Assembly: GCA_963932955.1 (NCBI GenBank)
Contig: CAWVRK010000004.1
Span: 37,136 to 101,135, forward strand
Direction: 5' to 3'
From: an uncultured Flavobacteriaceae bacterium
Lineage (GTDB): Bacteria > Bacteroidota > Bacteroidia > Flavobacteriales > Flavobacteriaceae
Length of the DNA: 64,000 nucleotides
The notes beneath the pieces are model-generated. The model was not told the DNA's origin, made no database searches, and worked only from the letters and a program-made list of their open reading frames with translations. The translations under genes and the position numbers were made by a program. Positions 9,870-20,609 of this stretch are shown here, piece by piece. Within the stretch, counting starts at the first letter, position 1. Each line of letters starts with the position of its first letter.

Positions 9870-10322
9870 TTATTTTGTGTTAGTTTCCTTTTTTTTGGTT
9901 CCGTAAAAATACAGCGAGTGTTTGTGTATGTCGATGTTGAAAAACTCTTCAATCGACTTTTTGATATTTTGGATGCGAGGGTCACAGAACTCGATGACCT
10001 CCCCGGTATCTAAAATCACATGGTCGTGCTGTTTGTTGAAAAAACTTTTTTCATAATGTGCTTGATTTTGGCCAAATTGGTGTTTTCTAACCAAACCACT
10101 GTCCAACAAAAGATCGATGGTGTTGTAAAGGGTTGCTCTACTCACACGGTAATTTTTGTTTTTCATGCTAATGTAGAGAGACTCAATATCAAAATGCTCT
10201 TCCAAGTCATAAATTTCTTGAAGTATGGCAAAACGTTCGGGTGTTTTTCTGTGGTTGTTTTTTTCCAAAAACTTCACAAAAACCCCTTTTACAGTCTCTT
10301 GATTGTTGTTTGTTGTCTCCAT
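9870..10322 (-). CDS. fur: Fur family transcriptional repressor
   Basis: [31 protein letters not shown] metal site. Confidence 0.9.
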   Translation of the reverse strand: METTNNNQETVKGVFVKFLEKNNHRKTPERFAILQEIYDLEEHFDIESLYISMKNKNYRVSRATLYNTIDLLLDSGLVRKHQFGQNQAHYEKSFFNKQHDHVILDTGEVIEFCDPRIQNIKKSIEEFFNIDIHKHSLYFYGTKKKETNTK

Positions 10323-10472
10323 TTTTTAGCTTGCTTGTGTAGCAGGAGGCAAATTTAACCTTTTTTTCATTTTGTAGCCGCGGATTTAAGTTTTTTTAGA
10401 AATAAAAAACAAGCTGTAATAATATTTTCACAGGAGTCACTTCTTTTCACCAACCCAAATGGGAGTTCGGAA

Positions 10473-12689
10473 TCAGTCCATTCTGGAGACTTTGTTGATC
10501 CCGTCTATCTTTTTGATGTTTTCAGAAAGTTTTTGTAATTGTGTTTTGTTGCGAACATCAATGGTAATTACTCCTTCAAATGTAGATCCACGGGTTGTAG
10601 AATTGATGTTGTAAATATTCATGTTGTTATTTCCATAAATGATACGTGTGAGTTCGTTCAATATTCCTTGTTTGTCTTCTCCACTGATTTTTAGAGAAAC
10701 TTTAAAATTCTGCTGAGATGAGTCAATCCATTGGGCAGAAAGTACCCGATAGGCATAATTGGATTGCATGCTGATTGCATTGGGGCAATTGTTTTTGTGT
10801 ACTTTGATGCCCTCATTGATGGTCAAAAATCCAAAAACGTTGTCTCCAGCAATTGGGTTACAACATTTGGAAAGAGTGTATTCCAATTTCTCACCGTCTT
10901 TCCCAAAAACCAAAAGGTCGTATTTCTGAGTCAATTCCTCGGATTCTTCTCGAGGTTTTTGAGAAGAACTTCTTTGTATTTTATTTTTAAGGTATTTGTA
11001 GAGATTGTTGTTGCGCTTGGCTGCGAAATTCTTCAATTCAAAATTTTCGATGGTAGAGGCCCCCATGCGATAAAACAAATCAAAACTTGTTCGGAGTTTG
11101 AAATAGGAAACCAATTCGTTGACTACCTTTTCGCTCAAAGCAATTTTCAAATGCTTTAATTTTCGAGTCAAAAGAATTTTTCCTTCGTCGGCAATGCGTT
11201 TTTCTTCTTCTTTTAATGCAGCACGAATGCGTGCCTTTGCTCTTGCAGTGACAACAAATTCAAGCCATCTTGGATTGGGTTTGTTGGTGTTGGAGATCAT
11301 GATTTCTACCTGGTCACCACTTCCCAAGACGGTGTCGAGAGGGGTTAATTTTCCGTTTACCAGAGCGCCTCTACAGCGCAAACCGACGTCGGTGTGTACT
11401 GCAAAAGCAAAATCCAGTGCGGAAGCTCCTTTGGGCAAGGACTTTAAATCACCATTTGGTGTGAAAACAAAAATTTCTTCTGAATAGAGGTTGAGTTTAA
11501 AGTCTTCAACAAAATCAACAGCATTGAGACTTTTGTTCTCCAAGGTGTCCTTTAAACGATCCAGCCATGTTTCCAATACACTCTCAGCTGAAGTTCCTTG
11601 TTTGTATTTAAAATGTGCTGCATAGCCTTTTTCGGCAATCTCATCCATTCGTTCTGATCGAATTTGGACTTCAACCCATTTCCCGCGAGGTCCCATAACG
11701 GTGATGTGCAAAGATTCGTATCCTGTAGTTTTAGGGTTGGTGATCCAATCTCTCAAACGAAGGGGATTGGGGTTGTAGTGTTCAGTGACGATGGAATAAA
11801 TTTTCCAAGCATCAAATTTTTCATTCTTCTCATTCGATTTGTATATAATTCGAATGGCAAACTTGTCATAGACTTCGTCAAAGCGAACGTTTTGCGCACG
11901 CATTTTACGACAAATAGAGTAGATGGATTTGGTTCTCCCTTTGATGGTGTATTCAAAGTTTTGATCTTTGAGCGTTTCTCTGATTTTTTCAGAAAAAGTT
12001 TCTATATAGGCTTCTTGCTCTTCTTTACTTTCGACAATTTTGGCAGAGATGTCATTGTACACATCAGATTCTGTGTACTTCAAGCCCAAGTCTTCTAGGG
12101 TGGTTTTGATATTGTACAAGCCCAGTCGATGTGCTAGGGGAGCATAGATGTACAGTGTTTCAGAGGCGATTTTCACCTGTTTGTGAGCGGGCATGGCATC
12201 CATGGTCTGCATGTTGTGCAACCGATCGGCAATTTTGATAAGAATGACGCGAACGTCGTCGTTCAAGGTCAACAACATTTTTCTAAAGTTCTCCGCTTGA
12301 ATGGAGGCGTCTTGTGTTTTGTTGAGACGCGATATTTTGGTCAGACCACTAACAATTTTAGCAATTTTCTCTCCAAAAAACTGTTCCATGTCGTGGACAG
12401 TATATGGCGTATCTTCGACCACATCGTGTAAAAGCGCTGCAGCTATGGAAGGAGCTCCAAGGCCAATTTCGTAGGCGACAATTTTGGCTACTGCAATGGG
12501 GTGAAAAATATAAGGCTCCCCAGTTTTTCTTCTTTGCTTGCTGTGGGCCTCCAAGGACAAGTCAAAGGCTTTGCGAATCAATTTCTTATCCGTCAGCGAC
12601 AAGGTTTGGTAGGATCCTTTTAGCAAGTCCTTGTACCGCTTGGCAATTTCTTTATTTTCTTCTTCTATGGTCGCTTGGTAACTCATCAT
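10473..12689 (-). CDS. spoT: Bifunctional (p)ppGpp synthetase/hydrolase, long RSH family
   Basis: HD domain (RKTGEPYIFHP, LLHDVVED), synthetase (GYESLH, EVQIRS, AAHFKYK), TGS domain (DFAFAVHT) and C-terminal ACT domain. Confidence 0.93.
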   Translation of the reverse strand: MMSYQATIEEENKEIAKRYKDLLKGSYQTLSLTDKKLIRKAFDLSLEAHSKQRRKTGEPYIFHPIAVAKIVAYEIGLGAPSIAAALLHDVVEDTPYTVHDMEQFFGEKIAKIVSGLTKISRLNKTQDASIQAENFRKMLLTLNDDVRVILIKIADRLHNMQTMDAMPAHKQVKIASETLYIYAPLAHRLGLYNIKTTLEDLGLKYTESDVYNDISAKIVESKEEQEAYIETFSEKIRETLKDQNFEYTIKGRTKSIYSICRKMRAQNVRFDEVYDKFAIRIIYKSNEKNEKFDAWKIYSIVTEHYNPNPLRLRDWITNPKTTGYESLHITVMGPRGKWVEVQIRSERMDEIAEKGYAAHFKYKQGTSAESVLETWLDRLKDTLENKSLNAVDFVEDFKLNLYSEEIFVFTPNGDLKSLPKGASALDFAFAVHTDVGLRCRGALVNGKLTPLDTVLGSGDQVEIMISNTNKPNPRWLEFVVTARAKARIRAALKEEEKRIADEGKILLTRKLKHLKIALSEKVVNELVSYFKLRTSFDLFYRMGASTIENFELKNFAAKRNNNLYKYLKNKIQRSSSQKPREESEELTQKYDLLVFGKDGEKLEYTLSKCCNPIAGDNVFGFLTINEGIKVHKNNCPNAISMQSNYAYRVLSAQWIDSSQQNFKVSLKISGEDKQGILNELTRIIYGNNNMNIYNINSTTRGSTFEGVITIDVRNKTQLQKLSENIKKIDGINKVSRMD

Positions 12690-12760
12690 CGAAATATAGC
12701 ATATTTTGCTTAAAATTGGTTTTTATTACCTGTAAATTTTTGAAAGATTTTTTACAGGGC

Positions 12761-13570
12761 TTAGGAAAAATTCCGTTGTCGTTTGGCTTCAAAAATCAGC
12801 ACAGCTGCGGCGACAGAAACATTCATGGAGTCTATCTTTCCATTCATAGGAATGATGATTTTTTTGTTTGCATTTTCAAGCCAATCTTCGGAAAGACCAA
12901 TGGCCTCTGTGCCTACGACAATGGCCGTTGCCTTCTTAAAATCTTGCTCTTGATAGGGTTCGGCGTCTTTTTTGAGTGCAGCCGCATAGACCGCGATTTT
13001 ATGCTCTTTCAAATATGTCAAAATTTCCTCAGTAGAGCCCGTTGCAACTTGCGTAGTAAACAAACAACCGACACTGCTGCGTATGGTATTTGGATTGTAC
13101 AAGTCTGTCTTTGGATTCGCAATCAGCACGGCGTCGATGTCTGCTGCATCCGCCGTTCGCAACAAAGCACCGATGTTGCCTGGTTTTTCTGGAGCTTCTG
13201 CCACCAAAAGCAAAGGAGCTTTTCTTTTAAAAACAAGTCCCTCCAAGGCATGGCTTTTTGACGCTGCCAAGGCAAAGACACCTTCGGTTGTGTCGCGGGT
13301 AGCAACTTTGGTATAAACTTCTGTTGATAGCTCGATACAGGTTGTGGCACTCGGTAAACTTTCTAGAAGTGATGTCAAGCTTTCTTTGTCAATAATAGTA
13401 CTGCAATACACTAATTTATGAATGGAATACCCACCCTCAATAGCCAGCTGAATCTCACGTCTTCCTTCCAATAAAAAATTACCAGATAGCTTTCTTAATC
13501 GGGACTTATCCTTGAGCTGTACCCACTCTTTGACAGAAGGATTTTGAAGACTGCTGATTTTTTTGTGCAT
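12761..13570 (-). CDS. TrmH/SpoU family RNA methyltransferase
   Basis: EKPGNIGALLRTADAA, VVGTEAIGLS, IPMNGKIDSMNVSVAAA SPOUT motifs. Confidence 0.92.
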   Translation of the reverse strand: MHKKISSLQNPSVKEWVQLKDKSRLRKLSGNFLLEGRREIQLAIEGGYSIHKLVYCSTIIDKESLTSLLESLPSATTCIELSTEVYTKVATRDTTEGVFALAASKSHALEGLVFKRKAPLLLVAEAPEKPGNIGALLRTADAADIDAVLIANPKTDLYNPNTIRSSVGCLFTTQVATGSTEEILTYLKEHKIAVYAAALKKDAEPYQEQDFKKATAIVVGTEAIGLSEDWLENANKKIIIPMNGKIDSMNVSVAAAVLIFEAKRQRNFS

Positions 13571-13655
13571 GTGTAATTTTTTTACAAAAATAAGATTTTA
13601 TTCCATCTACTATTGAATTCGTCACGGAATGTAACAGGCAAAAGTCTTTGCCTGC

Positions 13656-14726
13656 TCAATCGATGGCTCGTTTATGGTTGAGGAGGAGTCCAACCATGTA
13701 GCTATATCCTTGGATGCCCTTTTTTTGGCGGTTAGCTTTTAGGTAGGTATGATACCCTTTCTTAAAAAATGGCTCTAATGGGTTTTGGTATTGCTGCCAA
13801 AAATGAGCGGCCTCCTTTAGGTTTGTTACAACCCCCGGGTGCAATTGACGGCACGTGTTTTTATAGGAGGTGTCATTTCTTTTTGCAATTTCTGAAAGCA
13901 AGTATTTCAGAGCCTTGAGTTTTCCTGCGTATTGAAAATAAGGATCTTCGTTAGAAATGCAAGCGAGGTATCCAAGAAAATTCGCTTCTTTTTCTGGTGC
14001 ATAGCCTAGTTGATGCGCCATTTCATGGCAGGTGGTGAATGCAGATCCCAACAGTGGTATTTGGTCGTTGACCTGTGCTTCCCCTGAAAAGGGATTCAGG
14101 TAGCCCGAAAAACCCATATATGTCAAGGGTTTGCTGAATAAAGAGTTTTTTACAGAGGGATTTTTGTACGTTAAAAAAGGATAGGAATCGCTTGCGTTTT
14201 GGTAGCCCTTCAATGCCAAGTCATAGACTTCCTTTTGAGAGTAGGGTGTCGATACTGCCGTTTGCTTATTTTTGGCGAGTTGGACTTGCAAACTGTTGAC
14301 TTCCAAGACTAGGCCTTCTGTAAAAGAAAGCAATTGTGTCGAAGTGAATTTTTGAGATTTGATTCCCAACTGACTTGCCAAAGGGATTCGAAAATAATTC
14401 ATTCCCCAAGTCAGGTAAAATGCCAAATGAAGGATGGACAGCGTTTTTCCAACCGCCCAAAAATACCTTGTGAGTTCTGAACCCCGATCTCTAAGAACGA
14501 TGGATACAAACCGAATGAGCAAAACCATGAGGCATCCGTAAAACACATCTCCAAAGCTAAAAGGCAGTCCTCCAAAGACAAAACGCACAAAACCAGAAAA
14601 TTTCGGATAGATGCCCGTTGCGTAAAAGCGTTCCACGAAATTTGGAAATAGCGACAGGAATTGAACTATGGCAATCTGTAAAAGTAAAAAATAAGTCCAG
14701 TAGCGGGCGTAGAGAGAATTGTTCAT
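13656..14726 (-). CDS. DUF3810-family membrane-anchored zinc-metallopeptidase-like protein
   Basis: N-terminal TM helices, WGMNYFR, GYLNPFSGEAQVN, HEMAHQLG (HExxH), E.EANF. Confidence 0.8.
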   Translation of the reverse strand: MNNSLYARYWTYFLLLQIAIVQFLSLFPNFVERFYATGIYPKFSGFVRFVFGGLPFSFGDVFYGCLMVLLIRFVSIVLRDRGSELTRYFWAVGKTLSILHLAFYLTWGMNYFRIPLASQLGIKSQKFTSTQLLSFTEGLVLEVNSLQVQLAKNKQTAVSTPYSQKEVYDLALKGYQNASDSYPFLTYKNPSVKNSLFSKPLTYMGFSGYLNPFSGEAQVNDQIPLLGSAFTTCHEMAHQLGYAPEKEANFLGYLACISNEDPYFQYAGKLKALKYLLSEIAKRNDTSYKNTCRQLHPGVVTNLKEAAHFWQQYQNPLEPFFKKGYHTYLKANRQKKGIQGYSYMVGLLLNHKRAID

Positions 14727-14974
14727 GTTGTTTTATGTTGCAGCTCACTTTTGGAAGGGGAAATGGCGTTCTAATACTTCAAATATACAGTCTTTTCCTT
14801 TGTCTTTGCAAAAAAAAACTTTCTAAAATCCGATTGAAAAGTCTTTGTTTTCAAAGGCTTTTTTATAAGATAGCTACTTATGAACAATTTTGAACTCTTA
14901 TAAACAGTCCTATGTTGAAATTAAAAGTCCCTATTTAAATTCATTAATTCAAATATTCAATTAAATTTGTAGTT

Positions 14975-16492
14975 ATGGAGCGGACAAATACGATTAAAGG
15001 AAAAAAAGTTGACAAAAGCAGAATCATCAGCCTCGAAAAAGGCAAAATTCCCCCACAAGCTTTAGATTTAGAAGAAGCCGTGTTGGGTGCTATGATGATT
15101 GATAAAAAAGGAATCGACGATGTCATCGATATTTTGCACGCAAAAGCTTTTTACAAAGAGGCACACAAAGAAATTTACGCAGCCGTATATACCTTGTTTC
15201 AAAATTCGGAACCTACCGATTTGTTGACCGTTTCCAACCAATTGCGAAAAGAGGGCAAACTAGAATTTGTGGGAGGTGACTTTTACCTCATCAAATTGAC
15301 TCAGAAAGTAGCTTCTTCTGCCCACATCGAATTCCACGCCCGTATCATCATTCAAAAATACATACAACGTCAGTTGATCAGTATTTCTAGTGAAATTATC
15401 GAAAACTCTTATGACGAAACTTCTGATGTTTTTGATTTGTTGGACAATGCCGAATCTAAATTGTTTGAAGTCACTCAAGGAAACTTAAAAAAGAGTTCTG
15501 AAACAGCCAAAGACTTGGTAAAACAAGCCGTATCTAAAATTCAAGAAATCGGAAACAAAGAGGGGATGAGTGGCCTGGAAACAGGTTTTACCAAACTGGA
15601 TGCTTTGACCTCTGGATGGCAGCCTTCGGATTTAATCATCATCGCTGCACGTCCCGGAATGGGAAAAACGGCTTTTGTCATCTCCATGGCCAAAAACATG
15701 GCTATTGACTTCAACCACGCGGTAGCCTTATTCTCCTTAGAGATGTCTTCTGTGCAATTGATCACACGTATGATCTCAAGTGAAACTGGCTTGACTTCCG
15801 AAAAGTTACGAAAAGGGAATTTGGAAGCCCACGAATGGGAACAATTGAATGTCAAGGTAAAAAACCTTTCTGATGCACCGATTTTTATCGACGACACTCC
15901 GTCGTTGTCCATCTTTGATTTGCGCGCCAAAGCGAGACGTCTCGCTTCTCAACACGGTATCAAAATCATCGTAATTGATTACCTCCAATTAATGACTGCT
16001 GGCGGTAGTGGAGGAGGAAACCGAGAACAAGAAATCTCCATGATTTCACGAAATTTGAAAGCACTTGCCAAAGAATTGAGCATACCTGTAATTGCTTTGT
16101 CCCAATTGTCACGTGCAGTGGAAACTCGTGGAGGCTCTAAAAGACCTTTGCTTTCCGATTTAAGGGAATCAGGAGCCATCGAACAAGATGCCGATATTGT
16201 TTCGTTTATCTTTCGTCCCGAATACTACGGATTGACCGAATGGGACGATGACGACCATTCACCCTGTGAAGGTCAAGGCGAATTTATCGTGGCAAAACAT
16301 CGAAATGGTGGGTTGGAAAATATCCGTTTAAAGTTTACTGGCCACTTGGCAAAATTCTCTGATTTGGAAGCTGGTTTTGGCAATGAATTTCAATCTAAAA
16401 TGAACGATTTCAACCAAGAAATTACTTCTGAAAACTTCCCGAGTACACAAGATGCTTTTGATGGAGTTGATGACGGCGAAGTGCCTTTCTAA
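14975..16492 (+). CDS. dnaB: Replicative DNA helicase, no intein
   Basis: PPQALDLEEAVLG, AARPGMGKT, FSLEMS, IDYLQLM, LSQLSRAVE, SDLRESGAIEQDAD, AKHRNG. Confidence 0.98.
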   Translation: MERTNTIKGKKVDKSRIISLEKGKIPPQALDLEEAVLGAMMIDKKGIDDVIDILHAKAFYKEAHKEIYAAVYTLFQNSEPTDLLTVSNQLRKEGKLEFVGGDFYLIKLTQKVASSAHIEFHARIIIQKYIQRQLISISSEIIENSYDETSDVFDLLDNAESKLFEVTQGNLKKSSETAKDLVKQAVSKIQEIGNKEGMSGLETGFTKLDALTSGWQPSDLIIIAARPGMGKTAFVISMAKNMAIDFNHAVALFSLEMSSVQLITRMISSETGLTSEKLRKGNLEAHEWEQLNVKVKNLSDAPIFIDDTPSLSIFDLRAKARRLASQHGIKIIVIDYLQLMTAGGSGGGNREQEISMISRNLKALAKELSIPVIALSQLSRAVETRGGSKRPLLSDLRESGAIEQDADIVSFIFRPEYYGLTEWDDDDHSPCEGQGEFIVAKHRNGGLENIRLKFTGHLAKFSDLEAGFGNEFQSKMNDFNQEITSENFPSTQDAFDGVDDGEVPF

Positions 16493-16671
16493 AAAGAAAC
16501 ACTTCGGATTTTTTCAATGGGTTTTAAAACCATGTTTTAAGCTTTCAATTCACTTTTTAAAAGTACATTTCACTCTTTTGATTCAGCTTGGATGCGCTTC
16601 AAGATATTCATTTCAAATAAGTTTGCACCATCACTTAAAAAATGTATTTTTGCGAACTAAACTCATCCAAA

Positions 16672-17520
16672 ATGGCGACAACACAAGAACTCAAAGATTT
16701 TTCTCAACAAGTAAGAAGAGATATTTTACGAATGGTACATGCTGTGAATTCAGGTCACCCTGGAGGCTCTTTAGGCTGTACGGAATTTTTGACCGTTTTG
16801 TACCAAGAAATCATGGAGTATTCGTCGGATGTTTTTGACATGGATGGAAAAAATGAAGATCTTTTCTTTTTGTCAAATGGTCATATTTCACCAGTTTTTT
16901 ATAGTGTTTTGGCACGAAGTGGTTATTTTTCCGTATCCGAATTGGCTACTTTTAGAAAATTAAATTCTCGTTTGCAAGGGCATCCTACAACCCACGAAGG
17001 TTTGGAAGGAATCCGCATGGCTTCGGGATCCTTGGGACAAGGAATGAGTGTTGCCATTGGCGCTGCACAAGCTAAAAAATTAAATGGCGACGCTAAGACC
17101 GTGTTTTCCCTTCACGGCGATGGAGAGTTGCAAGAGGGTCAAAACTGGGAAGCCATCATGTATGCTTCCGCTAAAAAAGTGGACAACCTGATCGCCACAG
17201 TAGATTTGAACGGCAAACAAATCGACGGGACTACAGACCATGTATTGGCCATGGGCGATGTCAAAGCCAAATTTGAGGCTTTTGGATGGGTTGTTTTGGA
17301 AGAGAAAAAAGGAAATGACATTGAAGCCATTAAAACCATTCTCAATAAGGCAAAAGCACTGTCTGGAAAAGGCCAACCCATTTGCATCTTGTTGTACACA
17401 GAAATGGGGAACGGTGTTGATTTTATGATGCACACCCATGCATGGCATGGAAAGGCACCAAACGACGCTCAGTTGGAAGAGGCTTTTGCTCAAAATCCAG
17501 TTACCTTAGGAGATTACTAA
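16672..17520 (+). CDS. Transketolase N-terminal (TPP-binding) subunit
   Basis: SGHPGGSLG, LSNGH, LQGHP, GSLGQG, GDGELQEGQNWEA, WHGKAP. Start placed at MATTQEL. Confidence 0.95.
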   Translation: MATTQELKDFSQQVRRDILRMVHAVNSGHPGGSLGCTEFLTVLYQEIMEYSSDVFDMDGKNEDLFFLSNGHISPVFYSVLARSGYFSVSELATFRKLNSRLQGHPTTHEGLEGIRMASGSLGQGMSVAIGAAQAKKLNGDAKTVFSLHGDGELQEGQNWEAIMYASAKKVDNLIATVDLNGKQIDGTTDHVLAMGDVKAKFEAFGWVVLEEKKGNDIEAIKTILNKAKALSGKGQPICILLYTEMGNGVDFMMHTHAWHGKAPNDAQLEEAFAQNPVTLGDY

Positions 17521-17536
17521 ATCTTATTTTACACAT

Positions 17537-17567
17537 AAAAAAAACCAGCCATACGGCTGGTTTTTTT
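17537..17567. terminator. Bidirectional intrinsic terminator between transketolase-N and queE
   Basis: AAAAAAAACCAGCC-ATAC-GGCTGGTTTTTTT perfect hairpin. Confidence 0.88.
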
Positions 17568-17591
17568 GTGAAAAATTGTATCAAACAACAC

Positions 17592-18224
17592 CTATGGGAT
17601 GTTCAAATATTTGTGTGTTTGTAGTGAGATTTTCCATTTTGGGTTTTCCATGACATATTCGACAATTTTTGGCGTCATCAGTTCTTTTTTACTCCATTCC
17701 GGTTGTAAAAACAATTGGCATGTAGCCGAAGTCTTGGCAGCTTGTTGTTCTGCAAATTCGAAATCGTGTTCGTTGTGGACAATCATTTTCAATTCATCAG
17801 CTTCTTGGTAAATTTCTGACAAGGGAAGTTTTGTCTTTTTTGGAGACAAGCAAATCCAGTCCCATTTTCCGGACAAGGGATACGCACCCGAGGTTTCTAT
17901 ATGGGTTTTTATTTGTAAATTTCGCAAAGATTCTGTGAGGTAGTCCAAAGACCACATCAATGGCTCTCCACCTGTAATCACAACGGTATTAGCATGGATC
18001 TTTGCCTCTTTTACAATGGCATCAGTTAGTGTAGGAGGGTGAAGCTGTTCGTTCCAGCTTTCTTTGACATCACACCAATGACATCCTACATCACAGCCAC
18101 CGATGCGGATAAAATACGCTGCAGTTCCCGTGTGTGCACCCTCCCCTTGAATGGTGTAAAAAGCTTCCATCAAAGGCAGCATTTTACCGAGGGCTATTTT
18201 TTCTTGTGTTTCTTTTTTAGTCAT
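17592..18224 (-). CDS. queE: 7-carboxy-7-deazaguanine synthase (radical SAM)
   Basis: FYTIQGEG, RIGGCDVGCHWCD (CxxxCxxC), ITGGEP, HIETSG, LSPK, SLQTHKYL. Confidence 0.93.
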   Translation of the reverse strand: MTKKETQEKIALGKMLPLMEAFYTIQGEGAHTGTAAYFIRIGGCDVGCHWCDVKESWNEQLHPPTLTDAIVKEAKIHANTVVITGGEPLMWSLDYLTESLRNLQIKTHIETSGAYPLSGKWDWICLSPKKTKLPLSEIYQEADELKMIVHNEHDFEFAEQQAAKTSATCQLFLQPEWSKKELMTPKIVEYVMENPKWKISLQTHKYLNIP

Positions 18225-18388
18225 TTGTATGCTTGAGCGGGCAAAGATACTCAAAGCATTAGAAAACAAACCATTTTCAAGTGCGGTTTTGTATGCCTGT
18301 GAATCATTCCTTGAAATATAGAGTGCATTTGGGTTGTCCTTTTATAGATTTCAACTATTTTTGAATTCGACTCTTTAAATTTGCACAC

Positions 18389-18958
18389 ATGGTTAAAATT
18401 GCTTCTAGTCTCGCTTTTCTTTTGTTTCTTATTGTGGGGATTTCTTGTTCCAATTCTAGCCAATTTCAACTTGCAAAAAATCAGGTAGGTCCATTAAATT
18501 CAAAGACACCAATGCATGAGATTAAGAATTTGTTTGCAAAAGATTCTGTAGTCAAAATATTGAGTGAAGGCATGTTGGGCTATCGAGGTGCTTATTCACA
18601 AGAAGATGATGTGTACTTGGTCTATGCAAAAGGAGGGAAGCACCTATTGACCATCACCCCAAGAGAGCCCTTGGATTCCTTGTCTACCATTCGAAACGTT
18701 GCCGTACACGACGCGATTTACACCACAAAAAATGGGATTGGTCTCAATTCGGTATTTTCAGAAATCAATTTGATGTCGCGCATCCCCAAGGTAGAAGCTA
18801 CTTTTACAAAAGCCATCTTGTATCTTGACGATCTCAATGCTACAATGACTCTAAATAAAAGTGACTTGGGAATCAAGACAATACGTTTGGAACCGATTCA
18901 ATTGGAGCAGATTCCTGATGCTGTCAAGCCGCAAAGTTTTGTTATTTGGTTTGATTAA
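18389..18958 (+). CDS. Hypothetical lipoprotein
   Basis: Hydrophobic signal ending in lipobox GISC; own TAnnTTTG-like element just upstream. Confidence 0.75.
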   Translation: MVKIASSLAFLLFLIVGISCSNSSQFQLAKNQVGPLNSKTPMHEIKNLFAKDSVVKILSEGMLGYRGAYSQEDDVYLVYAKGGKHLLTITPREPLDSLSTIRNVAVHDAIYTTKNGIGLNSVFSEINLMSRIPKVEATFTKAILYLDDLNATMTLNKSDLGIKTIRLEPIQLEQIPDAVKPQSFVIWFD

Positions 18959-18971
18959 ATAAAGGGGGTCC

Positions 18972-19652
18972 TTATTTTAAAACCGTCATTTTAATCGGGA
19001 TGTCTTTTTTCGGCCATTCATATACATCAATTGCCTCCGCAGTGATTTTATCAATCAGTTCGATTCCTTCGACAACTTCTCCAAACACGGTGTGCTCATA
19101 ATCCAAATGGCTTTGTGATTTGTGAGATTGGATCACATAAAACTCAAAAGGAGTTGATTTTTTTTCGGGATTGTGTTCCCAATCTCTTGCTGCCGCAAGG
19201 GCTCCCCGTTTGTGTTTCCTGTTTTTACGAAATTCTGATGGCAAGAGGTAGTTGTTGAGTCGATTTCGAAAAACCGTAGTTTGTTCGCTGTCGGAGTTTC
19301 CTCCTTGTACGATGAATCCAGGAACGACTCGGTAAAAACAGGTGGTGTCAAAATAACCTATTTGGGTCAGGTATAAAAAACTTGCGCGGTGCAATGGGGT
19401 GTCTTTATACAATTGAAGGGTCATCGTCCCAAGACGTGTGTGCAACTGTACATAGGTCTCTTTGTGCTTTTGTCCGAAGGCAGTCATAAATTCGACGGCA
19501 GTAGTCGTTCGGATATTGTCTTTTGTGAGCGGTTTTGTAGGGTGTTTGACAATCGCTTTGGTGGCGGGTTTTTTGAAAGAATTTTTACCTTTGTTTTTGG
19601 GTGTTTTTGTACAAGCAGTCATCAAAAGGCAAAGGCAACTGAGTCTTGCCAT
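18972..19652 (-). CDS. Cyclophilin-type peptidyl-prolyl isomerase (lipoprotein)
   Basis: TPLHRASF, FYRVVPGFIVQGG, HLDYEHTVFGEVVEG. Lipobox MTAC follows the start MARLS. Confidence 0.9.
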   Translation of the reverse strand: MARLSCLCLLMTACTKTPKNKGKNSFKKPATKAIVKHPTKPLTKDNIRTTTAVEFMTAFGQKHKETYVQLHTRLGTMTLQLYKDTPLHRASFLYLTQIGYFDTTCFYRVVPGFIVQGGNSDSEQTTVFRNRLNNYLLPSEFRKNRKHKRGALAAARDWEHNPEKKSTPFEFYVIQSHKSQSHLDYEHTVFGEVVEGIELIDKITAEAIDVYEWPKKDIPIKMTVLK

Positions 19653-19700
19653 GTGGGTATTGGCTTTTAAAAATAACTTTAGGAGCAACATAGCAAGTAC

Positions 19701-20609
19701 TTATATAATTCCGTAATAAAGACTTTTGATAATTCCATCAGAAAGCCCAATTTTAGGAACGTAAATTTTCTTTGATTTTGACCATTTCATGGCAGAGATG
19801 TAGATTTTTGCTGCTGGAATGATCACGTCAGCACGGTCTTGATTTAATCCCAATTCGGAAATGCGCTCTTCATAGGTCATCTTTTTTAAAAATTGGTAGT
19901 GGGCATTCATGTAAATATAAGAAAGAGGTTTGTCAGGGCGTTGGCCAGACATCTTAAATATTTTGTTGATGTTACCTCCAGAGCCAATCAAGGCCATTTT
20001 TTTAAGTCCTTTGGTGTGTACCGAGATCCAATTTTTTATTTCTTTCCAAATGATTTTGTTTTTGCTGTTTTTGTTCAACAATCGTACGGTGCCAATTTTA
20101 AAAGATTTGGAACAGAGCAATTTTCCTTTTGAAAAGACTGTAAATTCAGTACTGCCGCCACCAACATCAACATACAAATAGGATTTTTTTCCATCAATCA
20201 ACTCTGATAAATCTGTAGATGCAATGATTTCAGCTTCTTTTTTGCCGTTGATTACTTCGATGCTTATTTCGGTTTCTTTTTCAATTTCAGCAATCAATTC
20301 TTTTCCGTTTGAGGCATCTCTCATGGCAGAAGTGGCGCAGGCCTTGTACTTTTCTACGCCGTGCACCTGCATCAATAATTGAAAAGCTTTCATAGCAGCG
20401 ATCATCCGGTTTTTATTTGCTTCAGAAATACTTCCTCCATGAAAAACATCGGCTCCCAATCGAATAGGTACACGGATCAATTCTGACTTTTTAAAGGTAG
20501 GTTCTTCTTCTTTTTTTAAAATGATATTGGAGATCAACAGCCTAACGGCATTGGAACCGATGTCAATAGCCGCGTATTTTTTAATTTCGATCAAAGCGCT
20601 TGGTTTCAA
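19701..20609 (-). CDS. ppx: Ppx/GppA family exopolyphosphatase
   Basis: AAIDIGSNAVRLL, CATSAMR, VDVGGGSTE, DRADVIIPA. TTG start at 20609 or 20594. Confidence 0.9.
   Translation of the reverse strand: MKPSALIEIKKYAAIDIGSNAVRLLISNIILKKEEEPTFKKSELIRVPIRLGADVFHGGSISEANKNRMIAAMKAFQLLMQVHGVEKYKACATSAMRDASNGKELIAEIEKETEISIEVINGKKEAEIIASTDLSELIDGKKSYLYVDVGGGSTEFTVFSKGKLLCSKSFKIGTVRLLNKNSKNKIIWKEIKNWISVHTKGLKKMALIGSGGNINKIFKMSGQRPDKPLSYIYMNAHYQFLKKMTYEERISELGLNQDRADVIIPAAKIYISAMKWSKSKKIYVPKIGLSDGIIKSLYYGII

Noticed and set aside
12404-13261. 285-aa + strand ORF
   Set aside because: Antisense to spoT and the TrmH gene, crosses their boundary, and has no motifs; a shadow ORF.
14975-16492. Intein in DnaB
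   Set aside because: Length is normal (505 aa), the motifs are contiguous, and there is no splice-junction motif.
17521-17591. Invertible-DNA (phase-switch) end paired with 39697-39762
   Set aside because: Only weak direct similarity (TGT.AAAAATTGT); no inverted repeat and no recombinase in the window.
18225-18300. preQ1 riboswitch upstream of queE
   Set aside because: The TATCTTTG element is only about 17 nt from the ATG, leaving no room for an aptamer. The same reasoning excludes a lysine riboswitch before dapD.
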